Source: a virus
Lineage: Duplodnaviria; Heunggongvirae; Uroviricota; Caudoviricetes
Virus record (IMG/VR): IMGVR_UViG_2690316068_000003
DNA: 23,415 nt
Reading direction: 5' to 3' (one strand)
A model generated the notes under the pieces. It was not told the DNA's origin and made no database searches. It saw only the letters and a list, made by a program, of their open reading frames with translations. This document shows positions 1-9,277 of the stretch, in pieces (position 1 is the first letter of the stretch; the number at the start of each line of letters is the position of its first letter). The position numbers and the translations under genes were made by a program.

Positions 1-1065
1 TTACCCGATCTCGATGGAAGTTATTGAGTGATCTCCTTTCATGAAAATACGCAAGTAGTTTTTAAAGCGGATGACCTCCTGACCGAGCCAGCCGTTTATC
101 TCGCGGATCCTGTCCTGTAACGGGATAAGCTCATTGCGGACAAAGACCTTTGCCACTTTCTCAATATCACCCAGCGACCCGACGTTCTCCGGCTTGCCGC
201 CCATCAACTGAAAGGGGATGCGGTGCGCGTCCAGCAGGTCAGCGGCGCTGGATTTTTTGATATTAAAAAAATCGTCCTTCGTTGCCACTTCACTGAGGGG
301 GATAATTTTAATGCCGTCGGCTTTCCCCTGCGGGGCATAGAGAAACAGATTTTTAAAGTTATTGCGGCCTTTCGACTTCACCATGTTTTCGCGAAGCATT
401 TCGATATCGTTGCGATCCTGCACGGCATCGGTGACGTACATGATGTATCCGGCATGTGCGCCGTTTTCGTAATACTTGCGGCGGAACAGCGTGGCCGACT
501 CATTCAGCCAGGCAGAGTTAAGGGCGCTGAGATATTCCGGCAGGCCGTACAGCTCCTGATTAATATCGGGCTCCAGCAGGTGAAACACGGAGCCGGGCGC
601 GAAGGCTGTCGGCTCGTTGAAGGACGGCACCCACCAGTAAACATCCTCTTCCACGCCACGACGGGTATATTTCGCCGGTGAGGTTTCCAGTCTGATGACC
701 TTACCGGTGGTGCTGTAACGCTTTTCCAGAAACGCATTACCGAACACCAGAAAATCCAGCACAAAGCGGCTGAAATCCTGCTGGGAAAACCACGGGTGCG
801 GGATAAATGTTGAAGCCAGAATATTACGTTTGACGTAAATCGGTGAGCTGTGATGTACGGCAGCACGCAGGCTTTTTGCCAGACCGGTAAAGCTGACCGG
901 TGGCTCATACCATCTGCCGTTACTGATGCACTCGACGTAATCCAGAATGTCACGGCGATCGAGTACCGGCACCGGCTCACCAAAGGTGAATGCTTCCATT
1001 TTCGGGGCGCTGGCGGTCGTTGTTTTTGCCGCTGGTCGCGGTGTTTTCCCTTTTTTCTTGCTCAT
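1..1065 (-). CDS. Q: Portal (capsid portal) protein, P2 gpQ-like, 354 aa
   Basis: Complete minus-strand ORF with ATG at 1065-1063 and TAA at 3-1. Start overlaps the stop of the upstream terminase gene (ATGA). Identified by position and by my recollection of P2 Q. Confidence 0.93.
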   Translation of the reverse strand: MSKKKGKTPRPAAKTTTASAPKMEAFTFGEPVPVLDRRDILDYVECISNGRWYEPPVSFTGLAKSLRAAVHHSSPIYVKRNILASTFIPHPWFSQQDFSRFVLDFLVFGNAFLEKRYSTTGKVIRLETSPAKYTRRGVEEDVYWWVPSFNEPTAFAPGSVFHLLEPDINQELYGLPEYLSALNSAWLNESATLFRRKYYENGAHAGYIMYVTDAVQDRNDIEMLRENMVKSKGRNNFKNLFLYAPQGKADGIKIIPLSEVATKDDFFNIKKSSAADLLDAHRIPFQLMGGKPENVGSLGDIEKVAKVFVRNELIPLQDRIREINGWLGQEVIRFKNYLRIFMKGDHSITSIEIG

Positions 1066-2837
1066 CAGTAAAACTCCAGAATGGTGGATGTCAGCGGGGT
1101 GCTGATACCGGCGGTGAGTGGCTCATTTAACAGGGCGTGCATGGTCGCCCAGGCGAGGTCGGCGTGGCTGGCTTCCTCGCTGCGGCTGGCCTCATAGGTG
1201 GCGCTGCGTCCGCTGCTGGTCATGGTCTTGCGGATAGCCATAAACGAGCTGGTGATGTCGGTGGCGCTGACGTCATATTCCAGACAGCCACGGCGGATAA
1301 CGTCTTTTGCCTTGAGCACCATTGCGGTTTTCATTTCCGGCGTGTAGCGGATATCGCGCGCGGCGGGATAGAACGAGCGCACGAGCTGGAACACGCCGAC
1401 ACCGAGGCCGGTGGCATCAATACCGATGTATTCGACGTTGTATTTTTCGGTGAGTTTGCGGATGGATTCAGCCTGAGTGGCAAAGTCCATGCCTTTCCAC
1501 TGGTGACGCTCAAGTATTCTGAATTTGCCACCGGCCACCACCGGCGGTGCCAGTACCACGCATCCGGCGCTGTCGCCACGGTGTGACGGGTCGTAACCAA
1601 TCCATACCGGGCGGGAGCCGAACGGATTGGCGGCAAACGGTGCATAGTCTTCCCATTCTTCCAGCGTGTCGACCATGCAGCGTTGCAGCTCCTCGAACGG
1701 GAACACCGATGCCTTGTCGTCAACAAATTCACACATGAACAGGTTTTTAAAATCGTCGGCGCTGTTTTCGCGTTTGAGCTGCTCAATGTCGAACAACGTG
1801 CAGCCACCTTTCAGGGCGTCCTCAATGGTGACAATCTGCCGCCACTGGCCGTCCGCACAGAGAAGCCCACCGGCAAGGGCGTTATGACTGACGTCGATTT
1901 CCACGCGTTCGGCGGCGCTGGCGCGTCCCCGGTTAAACAGTTCACCCGACCAGAACGGGTAGGCGTCGTGCGCCAGCGTGGACGGGGTGGAGAAATAGGT
2001 CGAGCGCAGGTGGCTCTGTGAGGCCATACCGGATGCCACCTTACGCAGTACCTGAAAATTCGGGATCCAGAAAATCTCATCGACGTACAGGTCGCCGTTA
2101 TGGCTCTGTGCGGTGTTGGAGTTGGTGCCGAGAAAAATCAGTTTTGCGCCGTTATTACCCAGGACAATCGGGTCACCGGTCAGGTCAACGTCAACCAGCC
2201 GGGCAAAGGCGATGATGTATTCGCGGAACACATACGCCTGCGTTTTACTGGCCGACAGAAAAATCTGGTTATGACCGGTTTTCAGGGCGCGCAGCAGCGC
2301 CTCGCGGGAAAAATAAAACGTCGCGCCAATCTGGCGGGATTTCAGAATATCGCGGATGCGGTGCTCAAGCCCGGCGCGATACCAGTGCAACTGATATTCA
2401 AAAGACTGCTCAAAGAAAATCTGCTCCAGCTTTTCGATGGCCTCGTCACTGAAAAAATTCTTTTTCGGTTTGCGGCGCCCGCCTTTGTTGCGGTTAGCGA
2501 CGTTCGGATTAAGGTCTGCCTCGTTGCCGGTCTGACTGTAACGGTTTACCCGTGCCAGTCGTTCAATCTGGCGTCCCAGCAGGTCAATTTCCTTGAAGTC
2601 ACCGCCGGTTTTCTGCGGTTTGATGATGAGCTGGGTCAGCCGCGCTTCCAGACTCATTTCGACACGGCTGATGGGGGCAACGCTGTCCCAGCCGTCGCGC
2701 TGTTTCCAGCTCTGCACCGTCGGGCGTTTCATCTGCAACATGGCGGCAATCTGCGGCACGGAAAACCCCTGCCAGTACAGCAGCGCCGCCTGACGACGCG
2801 GGTCGTGTAAAAGAGTGGTGTCTGTGGTGATGGTCAT
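1065..2837 (-). CDS. P: Terminase large (ATPase) subunit, P2 gpP-like, 590 aa
   Basis: The track ORF begins at a TTG (2867). I place the start at ATG 2837-2835 (MTITTD...), which has GAGGT four nt upstream on the minus strand and gives the P2 length. Stop TGA at 1067-1065. Confidence 0.92.
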   Translation of the reverse strand: MTITTDTTLLHDPRRQAALLYWQGFSVPQIAAMLQMKRPTVQSWKQRDGWDSVAPISRVEMSLEARLTQLIIKPQKTGGDFKEIDLLGRQIERLARVNRYSQTGNEADLNPNVANRNKGGRRKPKKNFFSDEAIEKLEQIFFEQSFEYQLHWYRAGLEHRIRDILKSRQIGATFYFSREALLRALKTGHNQIFLSASKTQAYVFREYIIAFARLVDVDLTGDPIVLGNNGAKLIFLGTNSNTAQSHNGDLYVDEIFWIPNFQVLRKVASGMASQSHLRSTYFSTPSTLAHDAYPFWSGELFNRGRASAAERVEIDVSHNALAGGLLCADGQWRQIVTIEDALKGGCTLFDIEQLKRENSADDFKNLFMCEFVDDKASVFPFEELQRCMVDTLEEWEDYAPFAANPFGSRPVWIGYDPSHRGDSAGCVVLAPPVVAGGKFRILERHQWKGMDFATQAESIRKLTEKYNVEYIGIDATGLGVGVFQLVRSFYPAARDIRYTPEMKTAMVLKAKDVIRRGCLEYDVSATDITSSFMAIRKTMTSSGRSATYEASRSEEASHADLAWATMHALLNEPLTAGISTPLTSTILEFY

Positions 2838-3010
2838 GAATACCTCGCCGTGATGAATACACGGCAAGGCTACTGAGTCGCGTCCCGCGATTCGCTAAGG
2901 TGCTGTTGTGTCAGTGATAAGCCATCCGGGACTGATGGCGGAGGATGCGCATCGTCGGGAAACTGATGCCGACATGTGACTCCTCTAATCACTATTCAGG
3001 ACTCCTGACA
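2838..3010. promoter_or_regulatory. Divergent late-promoter region between P and O (P2 P_P/P_O equivalent)
   Basis: 173-bp intergenic gap between divergently oriented P and O, as in P2. I found no perfect TGT-N12-ACA Ogr box by eye; the closest is TGT at 2975 with CAC 12 nt downstream. Contains a 5-bp inverted repeat CCGTG-N7-CACGG at 2848-2864. Confidence 0.4.
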
Positions 3011-3865
3011 ATGGCAAAAAAAGTTTCAAAATTCTTTCGTATCGGCGTTGAGGGTGACACCTGTGACGGGCGTGTCATCAGTGCGCAGGATATTCAGGAA
3101 ATGGCCGAAACCTTTGACCCGCGCGTCTATGGTTGCCGCATTAACCTGGAACATCTGCGCGGCATCCTGCCTGACGGTATTTTTAAACGTTATGGCGATG
3201 TGGTCGAACTGAAGGCCGAAAAGATTGACGATGATTCGGCGCTGAAAGGCAAATGGGCGCTGTTTGCGAAAATCACCCCGACCGATGACCTTATCGCGAT
3301 GAACAAGGCCGCGCAGAAGGTCTATACCTCAATGGAAATTCAGCCGAACTTTGCCAACACCGGCAAATGTTATCTGGTGGGGCTGGCCGTCACCGATGAC
3401 CCGGCAAGCCTCGGCACGGAATACCTGGAATTCTGCCGCACGGCAAAACACAACCCCCTGAATCGCTTCAAATTAAGCCCTGAAAACCTGATTTCAGTGG
3501 CAACGCCTGTTGAGCTGGAATTTGAAGACCTGCCTGAAACCGTGTTCACCGCCCTGACCGAAAAGGTGAAGTCCATTTTTGGCCGCAAACAGGCCAGCGA
3601 TGATGCCCGTCTGAATGACGTGCATGAAGCGGTGACCGCTGTTGCTGAACATGTGCAGGAAAAACTGAGCGCCACTGAGCAGCGCCTCGCTGAGATGGAA
3701 ACCGCCTTTTCTGCACTTAAGCAGGAGGTGACTGACAGGGCGGATGAAACCAGCCAGGCATTCACCCGCCTGAAAAACAGTCTCGACCACACCGAAAGTC
3801 TGACCCAGCAGCGCCGCAGCAAGGCCACCGGTGGTGGCGGTGACGCCCTGATGACGAACTGCTGA
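3011..3865 (+). CDS. O: Capsid scaffolding protein, P2 gpO-like, 284 aa
   Basis: Start set at ATG 3011 (MAKKVSKFF...) rather than the track ATG at 2945, which has GGAGG directly abutting it. AGGA lies 11 nt upstream of 3011. The length matches P2 O as recalled. Confidence 0.9.
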   Translation: MAKKVSKFFRIGVEGDTCDGRVISAQDIQEMAETFDPRVYGCRINLEHLRGILPDGIFKRYGDVVELKAEKIDDDSALKGKWALFAKITPTDDLIAMNKAAQKVYTSMEIQPNFANTGKCYLVGLAVTDDPASLGTEYLEFCRTAKHNPLNRFKLSPENLISVATPVELEFEDLPETVFTALTEKVKSIFGRKQASDDARLNDVHEAVTAVAEHVQEKLSATEQRLAEMETAFSALKQEVTDRADETSQAFTRLKNSLDHTESLTQQRRSKATGGGGDALMTNC

Positions 3866-3923
3866 CCGGCGTCAGTCAGTCCGGGAAAACCTTCACGATT
3901 AACCCTTAATTTCAGGAAAAACT

Positions 3924-4997
3924 ATGCGCCAGGAAACCCGCTTTAAATTTAATGCCTACCTGTCCCGTGTTGCCGAACTGAACGGCATCGACGCCGGTGA
4001 TGTGTCGAAAAAATTCACCGTTGAACCGTCGGTCACCCAGACCCTGATGAACACCATGCAGGAGTCCTCTGACTTTCTGACCCGCATCAACATTGTGCCG
4101 GTCAGCGAAATGAAAGGGGAAAAAATTGGCATCGGTGTCACCGGCTCCATCGCCAGCACCACCGACACCGCCGGTGGCACCGAGCGTCAGCCGAAGGACT
4201 TCTCGAAGCTGGCGTCAAACAAGTACGAATGCGACCAGATTAACTTCGATTTTTATATCCGCTACAAAACGCTTGACCTGTGGGCGCGTTATCAGGATTT
4301 CCAGCTCCGTATCCGTAACGCCATTATCAAACGCCAGTCCCTTGATTTCATCATGGCCGGTTTTAACGGCGTGAAGCGTGCCGAAACCTCTGACCGCAGC
4401 AGCAATCCGATGCTGCAGGATGTGGCGGTCGGCTGGCTGCAGAAATACCGCAATGAAGCCCCGGCGCGCGTGATGAGCAAGGTTACTGACGAGGAAGGTC
4501 ACACCACCTCTGAGGTCATCCGCGTGGGTAAGGGTGGTGATTATGCCAGCCTCGATGCACTGGTGATGGATGCGACCAACAACCTGATTGAGCCGTGGTA
4601 TCAGGAAGACCCTGACCTTGTGGTGATTGTGGGGCGTCAGCTACTGGCGGACAAGTATTTCCCCATCGTCAACAAGGAGCAGGACAACAGCGAAATGCTG
4701 GCCGCTGACGTCATCATCAGCCAGAAACGCATCGGTAACCTGCCGGCGGTACGTGTCCCGTACTTCCCGGCGGATGCGATGCTCATCACGAAGCTGGAAA
4801 ACCTGTCCATCTACTACATGGATGACAGCCATCGCCGCGTTATTGTGGAAAACCCGAAACTCGACCGCGTGGAGAACTACGAGTCAATGAACATTGATTA
4901 CGTGGTGGAAGACTACGCCGCCGGTTGTCTGGTGGAAAAAATTAAGGTCGGTGATTTCTCCACACCGGCTAAAGCGACCGCAGAGCCGGGAGCGTAA
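3924..4997 (+). CDS. N: Major capsid protein, P2 gpN-like, 357 aa
   Basis: ATG 3924 preceded by AGGA. Position between scaffold and small terminase. Sequence matches P2 N as recalled. Confidence 0.94.
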   Translation: MRQETRFKFNAYLSRVAELNGIDAGDVSKKFTVEPSVTQTLMNTMQESSDFLTRINIVPVSEMKGEKIGIGVTGSIASTTDTAGGTERQPKDFSKLASNKYECDQINFDFYIRYKTLDLWARYQDFQLRIRNAIIKRQSLDFIMAGFNGVKRAETSDRSSNPMLQDVAVGWLQKYRNEAPARVMSKVTDEEGHTTSEVIRVGKGGDYASLDALVMDATNNLIEPWYQEDPDLVVIVGRQLLADKYFPIVNKEQDNSEMLAADVIISQKRIGNLPAVRVPYFPADAMLITKLENLSIYYMDDSHRRVIVENPKLDRVENYESMNIDYVVEDYAAGCLVEKIKVGDFSTPAKATAEPGA

Positions 4998-5000
4998 CCG

Positions 5001-5744
5001 ATGACGAGTCCCGCACAACGCCACATGATGCGGGTCTCGGCAGCGATAACCGCGCAGCGGGAGGCCGCCCCGCTGCGACATGCAACTGTCTATGAGCAGA
5101 TGCTGGTTAAGCTCGCCGCAGACCAGCGCACACTGAAAGCGATTTATTCAAAAGAGCTGAAGGCCGCGAAAAAGCGCGAACTGCTGCCGTTCTGGTTGCC
5201 GTGGGTGAACGGCGTGCTGGAGCAGGGCAAAGGTGCACAGGATGACATTCTGATGACGGTCATGCTGTGGCGTCTGGATACCGGCGATATTGCCGGTGCG
5301 CTGGAGATTGCCCGTTATGCTCTGAAGTACGGTCTGACCATGCCGGGTAAACACCGCCGCACCCCGCCGTACATGTTCACCGAGGAGGTCGCGCTTGCGG
5401 CCATGCGTGCCCACGCTGCCGGTGAGTCTGTGGATACCCGCCTGCTGACGGACACCCTCGAACTGACCGCCACGGCTGACATGCCTGATGAAGTGCGCGC
5501 AAAGCTGCACAAAATCACCGGTCTGTTTCTGCGTGACGCTGGTGATGCCGCCGGTGCGCTGGCTCACCTGCAACGTGCGACACAGCTCGACTGTCAGGCA
5601 GGTGTCAAAAAAGAGATTGAACGACTGGAGCGGGAGCTGAAACCGAAGCCGGAGCCGCAGTCCAAAGCGGCCACCCGCGCCCCGCGTAAGACCCGGAGCG
5701 TGACACCGGCAAAACGTGGACGCCCGAAAAAGAAAGCCAGTTAA
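5001..5744 (+). CDS. M: Terminase small (endonuclease) subunit, P2 gpM-like, 247 aa
   Basis: ATG 5001, three nt after the N stop. Basic C-terminal tail (PAKRGRPKKKAS). P2 order. Confidence 0.9.
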   Translation: MTSPAQRHMMRVSAAITAQREAAPLRHATVYEQMLVKLAADQRTLKAIYSKELKAAKKRELLPFWLPWVNGVLEQGKGAQDDILMTVMLWRLDTGDIAGALEIARYALKYGLTMPGKHRRTPPYMFTEEVALAAMRAHAAGESVDTRLLTDTLELTATADMPDEVRAKLHKITGLFLRDAGDAAGALAHLQRATQLDCQAGVKKEIERLERELKPKPEPQSKAATRAPRKTRSVTPAKRGRPKKKAS

Positions 5745-5843
5745 CAACCGAATGCGCCCCGCGCCAGGGCGGCACGCCGGTCAGTGTGGGTGAATCACCT
5801 GACGCTGTACCGGCGTCCACCGCCCGACTTTTCTGAGGTAGTC

Positions 5844-6353
5844 ATGATGACGCTGATTATTCCGCGAAAGGAGGCTCCCGTGTCCGGTGAGGGTACGGTG
5901 GTCATCCCGCAACCGGCAGGCGACGAGCCGGTGATTAAAAACACGTTCTTTTTTCCCGATATCGACCCGAAGCGCGTCCGGGAACGTATGCGCCTTGAGC
6001 AGACCGTCGCCCCCGCCCGTCTGCGTGAGGCCATCAAGTCAGGCATGGCGGAAACAAATGCGGAGCTGTACGAGTACCGCGAACAGAAAATTGCCGCCGG
6101 TTTTACGCGTCTGGCGGACGTCCCGGCGGACGACATCGACGGTGAAAGCATCAAAGTTTTTTACTACGAGCGCGCCGTGTGTGCGATGGCGACCGCGTCG
6201 CTTTATGAGCGTTACCGCGGCGTGGATGCCAGTGCGAAAGGCGACAAGAAGGCTGACAGCATTGACAGCACCATTGATGAACTGTGGCGGGATATGCGCT
6301 GGGCGGTGGCGCGTATCCAGGACAAGCCGCGCTGCATCGTGAGTCAAATCTGA
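5844..6353 (+). CDS. L: Head completion/stabilisation protein, P2 gpL-like, 169 aa
   Basis: Start set at ATG 5844 (MMTLIIP...) with GAGG at 5835-5838. The track extension upstream lacks an RBS. Confidence 0.88.
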   Translation: MMTLIIPRKEAPVSGEGTVVIPQPAGDEPVIKNTFFFPDIDPKRVRERMRLEQTVAPARLREAIKSGMAETNAELYEYREQKIAAGFTRLADVPADDIDGESIKVFYYERAVCAMATASLYERYRGVDASAKGDKKADSIDSTIDELWRDMRWAVARIQDKPRCIVSQI

Positions 6354-6556
6354 TGAAGACCTTTGCGCTACAGGGCGACACGCTCGACGCCATTTGTGTC
6401 CGGTATTACGGGCGCACTGAGGGCGTGGTTGAGACCGTGCTCGCCGCAAATCCGGGACTGGCTGAACTGGGTGCGGTGCTGCCACACGGCACCGCCGTCG
6501 AACTGCCCGACGTTCAGACCGCGCCCGTGGCTGAAACTGTCAATCTGTGGGAGTAA
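6353..6556 (+). CDS. X: Tail protein X (small LysM-like protein), 67 aa
   Basis: ATG 6353 overlaps the L stop (TGATG). MKTFALQGDTLDAICVRYYGRTEG... matches P2 X as recalled. Confidence 0.85.
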   Translation: MKTFALQGDTLDAICVRYYGRTEGVVETVLAANPGLAELGAVLPHGTAVELPDVQTAPVAETVNLWE

Positions 6557-6559
6557 CGC

Positions 6560-6841
6560 ATGACAGCAGAAGAAAAAAGCGTCCTGTCGCTTTTCATGAT
6601 TGGAGTGCTGATTGTTGTCGGCAAGGTGCTTGCCGGTGGTGAACCCATCACCCCGCGTCTGTTTATCGGGCGCATGTTGCTCGGTGGTTTTGTCTCGATG
6701 GTTGCCGGTGTTGTTCTGGTGCAGTTTCCTGACCTGTCACTGCCTGCGGTGTGCGGCATCGGCTCCATGCTGGGTATCGCCGGTTATCAGGTGATTGAGA
6801 TTGCCATTCAGCGCCGCTTTAAGGGCAGGGGGAAACCGTAA
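6560..6841 (+). CDS. Y: Holin, P2 gpY-like, 93 aa
   Basis: Small protein with hydrophobic helices, immediately upstream of the endolysin gene. Stop overlaps the K start (TAATG). Confidence 0.85.
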   Translation: MTAEEKSVLSLFMIGVLIVVGKVLAGGEPITPRLFIGRMLLGGFVSMVAGVVLVQFPDLSLPAVCGIGSMLGIAGYQVIEIAIQRRFKGRGKP

Positions 6842-7338
6842 TGCCGGTAATTAACACGCATCAGAATATCGCCGCCTTTCTCGACATGCTGGCCGTGTCC
6901 GAAGGGACGGCGAATCATCCGCTGACGAAAAACCGGGGCTATGACGTGATAGTCACCGGACTGGACGGAAAGCCGGAAATTTTCACCGACTACAGTGACC
7001 ACCCGTTCGCACATGGCCGACCGGCGAAGGTGTTTAACCGTCGCGGTGAAAAATCAACGGCCTCCGGTCGCTATCAGCAGCTTTACCTGTTCTGGCCGCA
7101 TTACCGCAAACAGCTTGCCCTGCCGGATTTCAGTCCGTTGTCACAGGACAGACTCGCCATTCAGTTGATCCGCGAACGCGGTGCGCTGGATGACATCCGG
7201 GCGGGACGCATTGAGCGCGCCATTTCACGCTGTCGCAATATCTGGGCGTCCCTGCCGGGTGCCGGTTACGGTCAGCGTGAGCATTCACTGGAAAAACTGG
7301 TCACCGTCTGGCGTACCGCTGGCGGCGTACCGGCTTAA
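6841..7338 (+). CDS. K: Endolysin (lysozyme-like), P2 gpK-like, 165 aa
   Basis: Position in the lysis cassette and length. Sequence matches P2 K as recalled. Confidence 0.9.
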   Translation: MPVINTHQNIAAFLDMLAVSEGTANHPLTKNRGYDVIVTGLDGKPEIFTDYSDHPFAHGRPAKVFNRRGEKSTASGRYQQLYLFWPHYRKQLALPDFSPLSQDRLAIQLIRERGALDDIRAGRIERAISRCRNIWASLPGAGYGQREHSLEKLVTVWRTAGGVPA

Positions 7339-7352
7339 ACGGAGTAAACACC

Positions 7353-7778
7353 ATGAAGAAATTATCCCTTTCACTGATGCTGAACGTGTCGCTGGCGCTG
7401 ATGCTGGCACTGTCCCTGATTTACCCGCAGAGCGTGGCCGTCAGTTTTGTCGCCACCTGGGCGATTCTGGCGACGGTTATCTGTGTGGTTGCCGGTGGTG
7501 TCGGCGTGTATGCCACGGAGTATGTGCTGGAACGCTACGGGCGGGAGCTGCCGCCGGAATCGCTGGCCGTGAAGATTGTCACGTCGCTGTTTTTGCAGCC
7601 GGTAACGTGGTGCCGACGGGCTGTGGGGCTGGTGGTGATGGTGGCGACGTTTATCTCGCTGGTCGCTGCCGGGTGGATTTTTACCGCGCTGATTTATCTC
7701 GTGGCGTCGCTGTTCTTCCGGCTGATACGTACGGCCTGTCGTCAGCGTCTTGAGGAGCGGGAACTATGTCAAAGCTGA
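7353..7778 (+). CDS. lysA: LysA, membrane protein of the lysis cassette (lysis timing/antiholin-like), 141 aa
   Basis: ATG 7353 preceded by GGAG. Protein has multiple hydrophobic helices. P2 order and size. Confidence 0.8.
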   Translation: MKKLSLSLMLNVSLALMLALSLIYPQSVAVSFVATWAILATVICVVAGGVGVYATEYVLERYGRELPPESLAVKIVTSLFLQPVTWCRRAVGLVVMVATFISLVAAGWIFTALIYLVASLFFRLIRTACRQRLEERELCQS

Positions 7779-8191
7779 TGATTGTGCTGGTCGTGTTGTT
7801 ATCGCTGGCGGTGGCCGGTCTGTTTCTGGTGAAGCATGAAAACGCCAGCTTGCGCGCCTCGCTGGACAGGGTGAACAACGTCGCCAGTGAACAGCAGACG
7901 ACCATCACTATGCTGAAAAATCAGCTTCATGTTGCCCTCACCAGGGCAGACAAAAACGAGCTGGCGCAGGTGGCACTGCGTCAGGAACTGGAGAACGCCG
8001 CGAAGCGTGAAGCACAGCGCGAGAAAACCATCACGAGGTTACTTAATGAAAACGAAGATTTTCGCCGCTGGTACGGTGCTGGCCTGCCTGATGCTGTGCG
8101 CCGGTTGCACCAGCGCCCGGCCTGCACCGACGCCAGTGATTGTCCACAACGCCTGCCCGAAAGTGAGTCTTTGCCCGATGCCGGGCAGTGA
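7766..8191 (+). CDS. lysB: LysB, Rz-like inner-membrane spanin, 141 aa
   Basis: N-terminal transmembrane helix followed by a coiled-coil-like charged domain. Overlaps the lysA 3' end. P2 size. Confidence 0.8.
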   Translation: MSKLMIVLVVLLSLAVAGLFLVKHENASLRASLDRVNNVASEQQTTITMLKNQLHVALTRADKNELAQVALRQELENAAKREAQREKTITRLLNENEDFRRWYGAGLPDAVRRLHQRPACTDASDCPQRLPESESLPDAGQ

Positions 8192-8336
8192 CCCGCAGAA
8201 GAACGGCGATTTAAGTGCCGATATCCGGCAGCTTGAGAACGCGCTGGCACGCTGTGCCAGCCAGGTAAAAATGATTAAACACTGTCAGGACGAAAACGAT
8301 GCTCAAACCCGACAGCCTGCGCAGGGCGCTGACTGA
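8046..8336 (+). CDS. lysC: LysC, Rz1-like outer-membrane lipoprotein spanin, 96 aa, in an alternate frame within lysB and extending into R
   Basis: ATG 8046 in the +1 frame relative to lysB. Signal-peptide-like N-terminus with a CAGC lipobox-like motif, and Pro/Cys-rich as expected for an o-spanin. Stop at 8334-8336 lies inside R. Confidence 0.7.
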   Translation: MKTKIFAAGTVLACLMLCAGCTSARPAPTPVIVHNACPKVSLCPMPGSDPQKNGDLSADIRQLENALARCASQVKMIKHCQDENDAQTRQPAQGAD

Positions 8337-8766
8337 TGCCGTCACGGTGCTGAAAACCAGTCCAGAGATGCTTCGGATATTCGTGGATAACGGGAGTATT
8401 GCCTCCACGCTGGCGACGTCGCTGTCATTTGAAAAGCGTTACACGCTCAATGTCATTGTGACCGACTTTACCGGTGATTTTGACCTGCTCATTGTGCCGG
8501 TGCTGGCGTGGCTGCGGGAAAATCAGCCCGACATCATGACCACCGACGCAGGCCAGAAAAAGGGCTTCACGTTTTATGCAGACATCAACAATGACAGCAG
8601 CTTTGATATCAGCATCAGCCTGATGCTGACCGAGCGCACGCTGGTCAGAGAGGTGGACGGCGCGCTGCATGTGAAGAATATCCCGGAACCTCCGCCGCCG
8701 GAGCCGGTCACCCGCCCGATGGAGCTTTATATCAATGGCGAACTGGTGAGTAAGTGGGATGAATGA
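8299..8766 (+). CDS. R: Tail completion protein, P2 gpR-like, 155 aa
   Basis: ATG 8299. P2 order and length. Confidence 0.88.
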   Translation: MLKPDSLRRALTDAVTVLKTSPEMLRIFVDNGSIASTLATSLSFEKRYTLNVIVTDFTGDFDLLIVPVLAWLRENQPDIMTTDAGQKKGFTFYADINNDSSFDISISLMLTERTLVREVDGALHVKNIPEPPPPEPVTRPMELYINGELVSKWDE

Positions 8767-9211
8767 GTTTAAGCGTTTTGAAGACCGGCTGACCGGACTT
8801 ATTGAATCGCTGTCACCGTCATGGCGTCGGCGACTGAGCGCCGAACTGGCGAAACGTCTGCGGCAGAGTCAGCAGCGCCGGGTGATGGCACAGAAAGCCC
8901 CGGACGGCACACCCTACGCACCACGCCAGCAGCAGAGCGCCAGAAAAAAAACCGGTCGCGTTAAGCGAAAAATGTTTGCGAAACTTATCACCAGTCGTTT
9001 TTTGCATATCCGCGCCAGCCCTGAACAGGCAGCAATGGAGTTTTACGGCGGGAAGTCACCGAAAATCGCCAGTGTGCATCAGTTCGGTCTGTCGGAAGAA
9101 ACCCGGAAAGACGGTAAGAAAATTGATTATCCGGCGCGTCCTCTGCTCGGCTTTACCGGTGAGGATGTGCAGATGATTGAAGAGATTATCCTGGCTCACC
9201 TCGACCGTTAG
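8759..9211 (+). CDS. S: Tail completion / virion morphogenesis protein, P2 gpS-like, 150 aa
   Basis: ATG 8759 overlaps the R 3' end by 8 nt. P2 order and length. Confidence 0.88.
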   Translation: MNEFKRFEDRLTGLIESLSPSWRRRLSAELAKRLRQSQQRRVMAQKAPDGTPYAPRQQQSARKKTGRVKRKMFAKLITSRFLHIRASPEQAAMEFYGGKSPKIASVHQFGLSEETRKDGKKIDYPARPLLGFTGEDVQMIEEIILAHLDR

Positions 9212-9277
9212 TTGTGCCATTCCCGACACCTCATCGTCACATTGCCGCCGGTATGACCCGGCGGCATCCTTCCCGTT
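9212..9277 (+). promoter_or_regulatory. Intergenic region upstream of V (P2 P_V equivalent) with a near Ogr box and a GC hairpin
   Basis: TGT-N12-ACC at 9213-9230 is a 5/6 match to the TGT-N12-ACA late-promoter element. A 7-bp GC stem, CCGCCGG/CCGGCGG, lies at 9245-9264. Confidence 0.3.

Noticed and set aside
2838-2867. N-terminal extensions implied by the track for P (2867), O (2945), L (5784), X (6284), ogr (21995) and fieF (22471).
   Set aside because: The extended starts are TTG/GTG or lack a properly spaced Shine-Dalgarno sequence. Internal ATG starts with an RBS reproduce the protein lengths I recall for P2 and for E. coli FieF.
5745-5843. GC-rich imperfect inverted repeats in the M-L intergenic region, as a possible terminator.
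   Set aside because: The stems are short and imperfect and no U-tract follows. Read-through within the O-to-S late operon is expected.
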